Origin: Bdellovibrionia bacterium
GTDB lineage: Bacteria; Bdellovibrionota; UBA1018
NCBI GenBank assembly: GCA_045805065.1
Contig: JBJMMA010000144.1
Location: 1-44,978, forward strand
Length of the DNA stretch: 44,978 nt
Reading direction: 5' to 3'
The position numbers and the translations under genes are program-made. How positions within the stretch are numbered: position 1 is the stretch's first letter; each line of letters starts with the position of its first letter. This document shows, in pieces, positions 1 through 8,069 of this stretch. The notes under the pieces are model-generated. The model was given only the letters and a program-made list of their open reading frames with translations, made no database searches and was not told where the DNA came from.

Positions 1-11
1 ACAAAATTCAA

Positions 12-19
12 ACCGATAC
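12..19 (+). promoter_or_regulatory. possible sigma28 (FliA) -10 element of the MCP gene
   Basis: ACCGATAC resembles GCCGATAA and lies about 30 nt upstream of a chemoreceptor gene; the -35 element would be outside the window. Confidence 0.35.
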
Positions 20-51
20 AACTACCAGAGTTGATATTTCTAGGAGCTTGA

Positions 52-1716
52 ATGACAAAGAAACTGAGCCTGAAACAAAAACTTATCGCATCCTTTTTAT
101 CCATCGCCCTCATCCTGTTTGTAGTAGGCGGGATCGGCGTAGGATCGCTTTCTAAGGTTCGCGAGCAGTACAGCCAGGTCACCGAAGTCAGCACTCCGAA
201 AACGGAACAACTTCTGAGAATGCGAACCGCGATGGAAAGCCTTCTCAGCACCTTGATCCAGATGGGCCTCTACGGAAACCCACCCGAAGAAATTGATCGA
301 CTCGGCAAAAAGCTCGCGGCTTCTCGTCAGAGCTACACTGATGCAGAGAAAACTTATCAGGCCATGAAGTTCGCCGATGGCGAAAAAGAGCTCTATGAAA
401 AGGTCACGGAGAAATGGGGCGCCGTGCTTGGAAACATCGTCGATGTCATGCAACTGGCCCGCTCGACAGACACCAAGGATAAAATCTCCTTTGGCGAAAT
501 CTATCGCAAGCCAGACTTCCAGAAAGCCCGCCACGAATTCTACGACGCTCTCGATGCTCTCGTTGCCTATCAGGCAAAGACCGCAAAAGAATGGGAAGCT
601 CGCGCTCAGAATACTGCCAAGATCAGCAACATCAGCATGACGGTTGCGGTTCTGGCAGGCGTATTCATCGCCCTCCTCGTGGGCTGGATTATTTCCAGCG
701 CTTTGGCAAACCAACTCAGATCTGTCGCAGATGAGCTTTCCAAGAGCGCAGATGAGCTATCCGGATTTGCGGGCGAGATCGCAGAAGCAAGTCAGACGCT
801 GCTCACTTCAATTGAGCAACAGGTGTCCGCGATCCATGAGACCTCGACGGCCGTGGATCAGTTAAGCTCGATGGTTGGAAAAAACTCCGATAACGCCGCA
901 AGCTCTCGTGACGTTTCGGTTCAAAGCGATGAAGCGGCAAATCAGGGACGCCAATCCGTTGAGCAGATGATCGTTGCAATCGATGATATCGATAAGAGCA
1001 ACTCAGAGATGATGGTTGAGATCAATAACAACAACAAGAATCTCACCGAGATCAATCAGGTCATTCACGAGATCAACTCCAAGACCAAAGTTATTAACGA
1101 CATCGTCTTCCAAACCAAGCTTCTCTCCTTTAATGCCTCTGTCGAGGCGGCCCGAGCAGGAGAGGCAGGCAAAGGCTTTGCTGTGGTCGCCGAAGAAGTC
1201 GGAAATCTTGCGCAAATGAGCGGAGGTGCCGCTCGTGAAATCACCGAGATGCTCCATCAGAGCGTTCAGAAGGTGGATAAGATCATCGAGCTGACCACGT
1301 CCCGCATTGAGCGGATCGTCACCGAGAACCGCAACAAGGTCAATCACGGCAAAGAAGTCGCAACCCAGTGCGGAAAAGTTCTTGAGGAGGTCGTCTCCAA
1401 CGTCCAGCGCGTTCGCTCCATGCTTGAGGAGATCTCAACCGCATCCCGCGAACAGGCCACCGGCATCGAGGAAATCACTCGTGCGATGAACAGCCTCAAT
1501 GAGAGCACGCAAAAGAACGCCACCTCATCGAACAAGGCTTCTCAAACTTCGTCTCAACTGGCGCATCAGGCCGAACTGCTTCATAAGCTTGTGAAGAACC
1601 TCTGGAAGACGGTCTATGGCGATCGTGCTCAAAAGCTCGCGCAGACAAAGGACTCTCACACTGCCCCGATCTCGCAAGATGCGATTAAAGATCACTCTGA
1701 CCAAATTGCGGCATAA
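52..1716 (+). CDS. methyl-accepting chemotaxis protein with four-helix-bundle sensor domain
   Basis: Two TM segments; signalling hairpin [41 protein letters not shown]. Confidence 0.97.
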   Translation: MTKKLSLKQKLIASFLSIALILFVVGGIGVGSLSKVREQYSQVTEVSTPKTEQLLRMRTAMESLLSTLIQMGLYGNPPEEIDRLGKKLAASRQSYTDAEKTYQAMKFADGEKELYEKVTEKWGAVLGNIVDVMQLARSTDTKDKISFGEIYRKPDFQKARHEFYDALDALVAYQAKTAKEWEARAQNTAKISNISMTVAVLAGVFIALLVGWIISSALANQLRSVADELSKSADELSGFAGEIAEASQTLLTSIEQQVSAIHETSTAVDQLSSMVGKNSDNAASSRDVSVQSDEAANQGRQSVEQMIVAIDDIDKSNSEMMVEINNNNKNLTEINQVIHEINSKTKVINDIVFQTKLLSFNASVEAARAGEAGKGFAVVAEEVGNLAQMSGGAAREITEMLHQSVQKVDKIIELTTSRIERIVTENRNKVNHGKEVATQCGKVLEEVVSNVQRVRSMLEEISTASREQATGIEEITRAMNSLNESTQKNATSSNKASQTSSQLAHQAELLHKLVKNLWKTVYGDRAQKLAQTKDSHTAPISQDAIKDHSDQIAA

Positions 1717-1734
1717 ATGGTAGGGTCTCACCTT

Positions 1735-2127
1735 ATGCCCATTCAGGTGACTGCCGCTATTATAGTCCGAGATCACAAGATTCTGGTTGCGCGTCGAAAA
1801 CCCGGCAGCAAACAGGAAGGCATGTGGGAATTTCCAGGCGGAAAACTGGATCCGAACGAGACCCCTGAAGCTTGTCTCAAGCGAGAGATCGAGGAAGAGC
1901 TCGGCATCCGTGACCTGGTCATTGAGCGGCACTGGATCACCACGCGCCACACTTACACCTTTGGAGAGATTGAGCTCATGGTGTATCTCTGCAGAAGCTC
2001 AAGCCTCCCCAACAAATCCGATGCTCATGATGCACTCGAATGGGCTACTGTCAGCGAGCTGAGCCAGTATCAGTGGGCTCCTGCTGATATTCCTGCCGTG
2101 CAAAAGCTGATCAGCGAAGGAATCTGA
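1735..2127 (+). CDS. NUDIX hydrolase, MutT/NudG family
   Basis: WEFPGGK...ETPEACLKREIEEELGI Nudix box and PADIP tail; start at 1735 or 1717. Confidence 0.92.
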   Translation: MPIQVTAAIIVRDHKILVARRKPGSKQEGMWEFPGGKLDPNETPEACLKREIEEELGIRDLVIERHWITTRHTYTFGEIELMVYLCRSSSLPNKSDAHDALEWATVSELSQYQWAPADIPAVQKLISEGI

Positions 2128-2132
2128 TTTTC

Positions 2133-3278
2133 TTACAGATAAAAGTGCCAGAGGAAATAAAGATAATCGTAGAAGTCGGTGAAAGGCTGTGATCGATCCT
2201 GCCGCTTCTGATACTCCAGACCTAGCTCGACATGCGGCCGAGGAAACCACCACACCCCTGCCCCATATCGCTGCTTGAGCGTCGAGAGAGCGCTGAAATT
2301 ATTGCGAGCAAACTCCTGATCCAAAATCAGATGCACGCCTTGCACGACCTCATATCCCAGGCGTGTCGTCTCAATAAAACCCCATTGAGTAGCTGGGCTA
2401 CTGGTTGCGGACTTTGGAGTTAAAGCCTGAAAGTCGCCTTCAGTCAGGACATAGAGCTTGTCCGTGATTCCAAGCAGGCCAAAGGGACCTGTCACGTAGC
2501 GATGATTAAAATCATTGGTCTCGTATAGAAAACTCAGCCCGACCTTGTCATGATCCGAAACATTATATCCTCCCCAAAGCGAAGTCCCTATATACCTCTC
2601 GTTGGACGGGTCGTCCGGGCGACCAAAAATTCCCGTCACAATCACGTTCAGCGGATCGCCGATATAGGAGAACTCCAGATTGTAGCTTTCTCCATCGCCA
2701 AGGGGTTGGGGCTGATAGATGTTGAGCTGCTCTTTGATGGTGAGAATATGATTGGGCGTAAAGATTCCATATTCAGGGGAGAACCGCCCCCCGCGAACCG
2801 CGATTTCATCTGTCACGTGATACATCACGTAATGCCGGCGTGAGATCAAATAATCCGTCCACGTCTGGCCACGGACCGGGTCCTGATAGCCCACACTCGC
2901 ATCAAACGTCCAAGCTTTGTATTGCGCCGCAGCCTCAATGTCGAGCTGCATGAATTGATACATGCTCGTGTCCGTGAGCGGCGTGTTTTGATAGTTATAA
3001 ACACTGCGATAATCTCCGCCCAGATTGAGCCACTCAGGTTGATTGATGAAATAGGCGGGCTTTTCTTCACCCTCGTACCCCCAGGTACTCAGTGATACGC
3101 GTGAGAGTTGCCTGCCGTAAGCATTCAGAACTCCGCCCCCGGTTGGCGCAATATGGCAGGATGTGCAGTTAACGTAGCCGTGTCGAATAAACTCAGGGTA
3201 AGCAAAAGCTTGAGATGACCAGGAGAAGGCCCCAGCCACTAGCCATAGAATTAGAATCCAGATCTTTTGCCACGCCAT
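2133..3278 (-). CDS. outer-membrane beta-barrel protein with N-terminal CxxCH motif
   Basis: Signal peptide ending in AFA; CTSCH; amphipathic strands; aromatic C-terminus WHFYL. Confidence 0.75.
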   Translation of the reverse strand: MAWQKIWILILWLVAGAFSWSSQAFAYPEFIRHGYVNCTSCHIAPTGGGVLNAYGRQLSRVSLSTWGYEGEEKPAYFINQPEWLNLGGDYRSVYNYQNTPLTDTSMYQFMQLDIEAAAQYKAWTFDASVGYQDPVRGQTWTDYLISRRHYVMYHVTDEIAVRGGRFSPEYGIFTPNHILTIKEQLNIYQPQPLGDGESYNLEFSYIGDPLNVIVTGIFGRPDDPSNERYIGTSLWGGYNVSDHDKVGLSFLYETNDFNHRYVTGPFGLLGITDKLYVLTEGDFQALTPKSATSSPATQWGFIETTRLGYEVVQGVHLILDQEFARNNFSALSTLKQRYGAGVWWFPRPHVELGLEYQKRQDRSQPFTDFYDYLYFLWHFYL

Positions 3279-3353
3279 GCGACAGCCCCCAAAGCGAGGC
3301 TGACCATAAGGGTTTACTCTCCGCAGCGGCAAGGCAATCCGCGAAATAGTGAG

Positions 3354-4385
3354 TCAAACCGTTAAAACGATTTTCCCAACGGATTGCCCACTCTCGATCA
3401 AACGATGCGCGTCGGCAACACTTTCAAATGGAATCTGCGTCACTGGAATGGGACGGATCAGCCCTTCATTGATTCTTCGCTGCATCCCATCGATGCATTG
3501 CTCAATCATCTCTTTCTCATCAAATAGAAAGCTCACGTTAAAACCGATCACGCCTCGATTGGTCGTGATCAGATCAAGCGGATTGAAACGCGGCGTTCGC
3601 ATCAGTCCAAGACCTGCCTTGATGTAATTGAGATGGCCGCCTTTTTTGGACAAAAGATCGTGAGAGCCATACACAATGAGTTTTCCCATCGGACAAAGGT
3701 GTTCATAGGACTCCCGCATCGTCGAATACCCATTGGCATCAAATATCGCGTGATAGCCCTCGGGTACGACCTTCTTTGCTTCAGCCCACAAGTCTTGCTG
3801 GGACTTATCGATGATAACGTCAGGACCAAATTTCTCCAAATAAGCTCGCTTATGACTTGAGCCGATCACTCCCACGGTGAAATAGCCTTCTGACTTGCAG
3901 AGTTGCACCAGTGCGGTCCCAACTCCGCCAGCGGCAGAATGAATCAACACCTTGGCGTTCTTCGGGAGAACCGCGTGCTGGTAGACCGCGTGATATGCCG
4001 TAAAAAAGACCGCAGGAAAGCCCGCACCTTCAACAAGCGTGAAACCTTTGGGAAGTGCCAGAACCTGAGACTCGGGAATACGAACTTCAGTCGCGTAGCC
4101 ATTGAAGCGAGTAAAACCAATCACCTCCTGGCCGACTTGATACTTCGTTGCAGTTGGGCCAACTGATTTTACAATTCCTGAAACCTCAAAGCCGGGAGTG
4201 ATCGGCCAGCCGACATACTTTTTCGCCGACTCATAAACTCCCAGTCGTACGCAAACGTCTGCGAAATTCACTCCAATGGCGCGAACCGCAATGATCACCT
4301 CATCGCGTTGCGCTTGAAGATCAGGCGCTTCGACAAACTCTAACTTCTCGTAAGATCCAGGCGATCGAATCGTTACCTTCTTCAC
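3354..4385 (-). CDS. medium-chain dehydrogenase/reductase, VAT-1-like NADPH:quinone oxidoreductase
   Basis: GVNFAD, PGFEVSG, HSAAGGVG and GKIVL motifs; probable GTG start at 4385. Confidence 0.9.
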   Translation of the reverse strand: MKKVTIRSPGSYEKLEFVEAPDLQAQRDEVIIAVRAIGVNFADVCVRLGVYESAKKYVGWPITPGFEVSGIVKSVGPTATKYQVGQEVIGFTRFNGYATEVRIPESQVLALPKGFTLVEGAGFPAVFFTAYHAVYQHAVLPKNAKVLIHSAAGGVGTALVQLCKSEGYFTVGVIGSSHKRAYLEKFGPDVIIDKSQQDLWAEAKKVVPEGYHAIFDANGYSTMRESYEHLCPMGKLIVYGSHDLLSKKGGHLNYIKAGLGLMRTPRFNPLDLITTNRGVIGFNVSFLFDEKEMIEQCIDGMQRRINEGLIRPIPVTQIPFESVADAHRLIESGQSVGKIVLTV

Positions 4386-4424
4386 TCCGATGTTCTTGCA
4401 TCTCCAATGGAATGATTCAATCAC

Positions 4425-6593
4425 TTAACGGTGCGCTGGGCCCCAACCTCCACCGCCGCCTCCGCCACCATGAAAGCCCTGACTGATCGCGCCGGCATTT
4501 CCCGCAGCAGGGGGAGGCGCTGCTGGCGCTGGAGGCGGAGCCATCGGCGCAGGAGCTGGTGCACCAGCAGCCGGAGGCGGTGCGATGGCAGGTGCTGCTG
4601 GTGCCGCAGGAGCGGGTTGTGCAGGAGCGGCTCCATTGATCGCAGCCGCCGCTCCTGCCTGCTGTCCCACTCCCCAATGAGCTGAGTTTGCGGCTGGTGC
4701 TTGTGGCGCCGACGGATTCCATGCGGATGCAGCCGGTGGCTCGCTAGCAGGACCCCAGGTTCCACCGCTTCCCAGATAAGCGCTTTGAAAGGGCGCAGGG
4801 TTTTGAGTTTGCACAACGGCGCTACTCCACCCTTGATAAACGGTTCCTTGCCCCACTGGCACAGCACCCGTGACTGAGTAAGGATAACCAATGTAGACCG
4901 GTGTTGACCACCAGGGTCCCCACCAAGGATAAAAAGCAGGCCCCGCGTAAAAACCGCCACCATAGCCCCAGTAAAATCCAACTCCGAAAGTGACAGGTGG
5001 CCCAATCCAGTAAGTGCCGATCCAAGGCGGATAGTAATATCCCGTTCCGTAAACTACGACGCCATCACTGCAGCAATAACTTCCGAGGTATCCTGGGGTG
5101 TATCCCACATAAACCGCATCCGGAGTCGCATCATAAATCCGAACATACGTGACGTAATAGACCGGTGAACTCGATGGAATCGTGTAGATCACCGCAGGTA
5201 CACGTGCGGCCACTTTCCAGGGACCCTGAGGGGAATTGGACTCAAACCATACGCCCGATTGCAGAGCGAAGTAAGACTTTGAGTCCACCTGAATGACCGG
5301 GGTTTTTGAGTTCTCAGCATATTGAAGGGAAGTCTGCTCGATGGGCTTGAACTGAGGCTCTCCATCATACTTCACCTCGAGTGCAGCCTGATTTCGATCG
5401 ACTTTTGCCGTTTGAGGCACTTCGTTACTGATCTTTGCTTCACCCGCTTGCTGGGTTCCTGGAACTGACGCGAGCACCGAGCCCTTTCGATGATTCTCAG
5501 GAATTTTGGCAAAGTCCTTTGAAAGCTTGTTTGCAGGCACGTAGCGCCAGGGACCATCCAGCGACTTTGCGCGGTACCAGCGCCCGGACAAAAGAACATA
5601 ATAATTTTGATCATGCTGATCGAGGAAAATGCTGTTTTCAGAATTCGAAACAAAGAGAAGCTTTGTCCCTGCGATGGATTGAAGCTGAGGTTTTCCTTCG
5701 GTCTGCAAAACCTCGGTTGGCTCGGTGCTCACGTAAACTTGCGGAATTTCATGTTGAGCAAGCTTTTTCATCAATGCCGAGTTTGGATCATTCAAAAGAT
5801 CGACCTGGTTTTGCTGGACGGCATGATTTTTTGCCTGCTCCACCTCAGGAGAGACCTGATCGGATTCAATCCAGGGCCCCGAGAGCGATAACGCATCCAT
5901 CCACCGATCGCCCATGTAGAAGTAGTATCGGCTCTTCGATGAATCATACAAAATCAAGGCACGCGTATTAATCACTCGCATAACGCCTGAGGCGCCCGAG
6001 TCGCGCAGAGCCGGAGCACCATCAATCAGAACAAGAAGCGTTGGAGTTTTTTTGAATACGATTTTTGGAGGCCCATTCCTGAGCTTTGGCTGATCCACCT
6101 CCGACTCCGCGCGCGCAATCGCAAGATTCGACTGCAGGCTTTCCAAGGCGACAGGTTTCAGGAGTCCAGACTCATTCTGCCGAAGCGTCTTCAAGGAGGA
6201 TGCGGAAAGTTCTGGGGCTGAAGGAAACTGAGCTTTGGTCACATGGACCTGGTCAAAGCTGACCCGATGAGTTTTGGGATCGACACTTGTCTTCGCCGAA
6301 ATCCAGATCAACCCGTATATGGGTTTTGCCGAAGAAGATGTCTGAACGGATACAGCCGCGCGTTCTTTGAGATCATCTCCACTCCACTCTTCAACTTGCG
6401 GCGGATATACGCTGATGGATTTATTATCGCTCGTATAAGTTTGAGGCCAGCCGCTCTCCGTTCCCTGAGCCACTGGAGCAGGCCTTGCCCCGGATCCAAG
6501 ATCTTTGCCACGTTCGCTGTGAACGTCGGAGTGAGCGCAAGCAGAGATGAATAAAAAGAGAAAAAGCCTCAAAAACATAACACTTTGGGTCAT
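4425..6593 (-). CDS. large exported protein or lipoprotein of unknown function with Tyr/Trp/Gly-rich and Pro/Ala-rich C-terminus
   Basis: Long ORF; lipobox-like FISAC; repeated SGxW...LxGPW units; GYTPGY/GTGYYYPPW region; start trimmed to 6593 so it does not overlap the divergent gene. Confidence 0.8.
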   Translation of the reverse strand: MTQSVMFLRLFLFLFISACAHSDVHSERGKDLGSGARPAPVAQGTESGWPQTYTSDNKSISVYPPQVEEWSGDDLKERAAVSVQTSSSAKPIYGLIWISAKTSVDPKTHRVSFDQVHVTKAQFPSAPELSASSLKTLRQNESGLLKPVALESLQSNLAIARAESEVDQPKLRNGPPKIVFKKTPTLLVLIDGAPALRDSGASGVMRVINTRALILYDSSKSRYYFYMGDRWMDALSLSGPWIESDQVSPEVEQAKNHAVQQNQVDLLNDPNSALMKKLAQHEIPQVYVSTEPTEVLQTEGKPQLQSIAGTKLLFVSNSENSIFLDQHDQNYYVLLSGRWYRAKSLDGPWRYVPANKLSKDFAKIPENHRKGSVLASVPGTQQAGEAKISNEVPQTAKVDRNQAALEVKYDGEPQFKPIEQTSLQYAENSKTPVIQVDSKSYFALQSGVWFESNSPQGPWKVAARVPAVIYTIPSSSPVYYVTYVRIYDATPDAVYVGYTPGYLGSYCCSDGVVVYGTGYYYPPWIGTYWIGPPVTFGVGFYWGYGGGFYAGPAFYPWWGPWWSTPVYIGYPYSVTGAVPVGQGTVYQGWSSAVVQTQNPAPFQSAYLGSGGTWGPASEPPAASAWNPSAPQAPAANSAHWGVGQQAGAAAAINGAAPAQPAPAAPAAPAIAPPPAAGAPAPAPMAPPPAPAAPPPAAGNAGAISQGFHGGGGGGGGWGPAHR

Positions 6594-6605
6594 GCCATTT
6601 TCAGT

Positions 6606-6642
6606 CCAAGGTTCAGTTTCTGCCCAGGGTTCGGTTTCTGCA
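6606..6642 (+). repeat. 18-bp-period direct repeat in a divergent intergenic region; each unit has GG-N10-GC spacing
   Basis: CCAAGGTTCAGTTTCTGC followed by CCAGGGTTCGGTTTCTGC. Confidence 0.6.
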
Positions 6643-6682
6643 ATGAGACAGCAACAGGGGCTGGTCTGAGGAGGAATCAGCA

Positions 6683-7165
6683 ATGAAGTCATATTCAACT
6701 ATGCTGGCAGGAGTGGCTGCTCTGGCTTTAGGCATTCTATCGTTTCAGCACATCGCTCATTCCCAAACGTCAGGCAGCAATAATCAGAGCGATTACATTT
6801 TCCGGTTTAACAGTGGGATCTCGAGTGTGTTCCTATCAAGCGCCACATTTCCTCAACAGCAGCCTATCGATTTGGGATCTTGCACTGCAACCGAACAGAT
6901 CAATGGCCCTCTGATTTGCGCGATGAATTGCAGCAATGTTCCAGTTTGCCTACTTAACGTCAGCGGCCCTCCGGGCGCGAGCGTGACTGACGTCCTTGAA
7001 AAAGTCAGTGAGGTCTCCATCACAGCGGGGCAGTCCGCATCACCTACACCATCGGCATCAAGTCAGCCTGCCGCTGGGACTTTCGGAAATATGATTTTCA
7101 GAGGCTCCGTTACCCATGAGGACAATCTGAGCAAGCGCATCGAGATTTACAACTCAGTGCACTAG
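6683..7165 (+). CDS. hypothetical secreted protein with four Cys
   Basis: GAGGAGG RBS; signal peptide. Confidence 0.7.
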   Translation: MKSYSTMLAGVAALALGILSFQHIAHSQTSGSNNQSDYIFRFNSGISSVFLSSATFPQQQPIDLGSCTATEQINGPLICAMNCSNVPVCLLNVSGPPGASVTDVLEKVSEVSITAGQSASPTPSASSQPAAGTFGNMIFRGSVTHEDNLSKRIEIYNSVH

Positions 7166-7168
7166 CCA

Positions 7169-7184
7169 TGGCCCGGTCGCTGCT
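7169..7184 (+). promoter_or_regulatory. sigma54-like -24/-12 element upstream of fdhD
   Basis: TGGCCCGGTCGCTGCT. Confidence 0.5.
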
Positions 7185-7199
7185 CCGAATTTTGCAGAA

Positions 7200-8069
7200 A
7201 TGGAGTCCCATATGGGGACCTCCATTGAAAGCACCGCAATCCAGAAATGCCAAAGTTTCAATCGTCCAGGCTTTGAGACCCGGCACGAAATGGATGAGAT
7301 TGCCATTGAGGAACCTCTTGAGATCAGACTAACGCACTTTACTCGTGAACGGGGCCGACATCAGCAGAACCGACATCGCGTGGCAGTTACAATGCGTACC
7401 CCCGGCAACGATCTTGAGCTTGCGGCGGGTTATCTCTATAGCGAATCGATATTAAAGGCACCTTATGAGATCCTCAGCTTTCAACTGGGGGAGAATCTCA
7501 TCGAGCTTGCGCTCTCTCCGCACTGCCGCATCGACTTAAAACGAGTTCAAAGACAGTCCTACATCTCATCCAGTTGCGGCGTATGCGGAAAAACCTCGAT
7601 TGAGGAGGTGTCCGAGCTCGCTCATCATTGTGATCGCAGCGCGCCAGGAAGCTATCCCTTCATTCCGGCGGATCTCATATCCGAACTCCCCACTCTCTTG
7701 CGAGATGCACAAGACGGATTTGCGCGAACCGGCGGATTGCACGCCTCAGCTTTGTTTGACGAACGCGGAAACCTCATTCTGGCACGCGAGGATGTCGGTC
7801 GCCACAACGCATTAGACAAGGTCATAGGACGCGCATTTCTGGACGGACTTCTTCCGCTGGATCGATCCATTTTGGTTCTCAGTGGGCGCGTGAGTTTTGA
7901 GCTGATGCAGAAAGCCGCGATGGCGGGCATTCGCGTCATCGTAGCCGTGGGCGCCCCATCAAGCCTTGCGGTTCAACTGGCCAAAGAATTTGACCTGACT
8001 CTGATCGGCTTTGTCAGGAACCAACGATTTAACATCTACCATGGCGAATGGAGAATCACCCATTTATGA
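7200..8069 (+). CDS. fdhD: formate dehydrogenase accessory sulfurtransferase FdhD
   Basis: EEPLEIR, TMRTPG, SSCGVCGK, TGGLHA, EDVGRHNALDK and SGRVSFEL motifs; start at 7200 or 7212. Confidence 0.96.
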   Translation: MESHMGTSIESTAIQKCQSFNRPGFETRHEMDEIAIEEPLEIRLTHFTRERGRHQQNRHRVAVTMRTPGNDLELAAGYLYSESILKAPYEILSFQLGENLIELALSPHCRIDLKRVQRQSYISSSCGVCGKTSIEEVSELAHHCDRSAPGSYPFIPADLISELPTLLRDAQDGFARTGGLHASALFDERGNLILAREDVGRHNALDKVIGRAFLDGLLPLDRSILVLSGRVSFELMQKAAMAGIRVIVAVGAPSSLAVQLAKEFDLTLIGFVRNQRFNIYHGEWRITHL

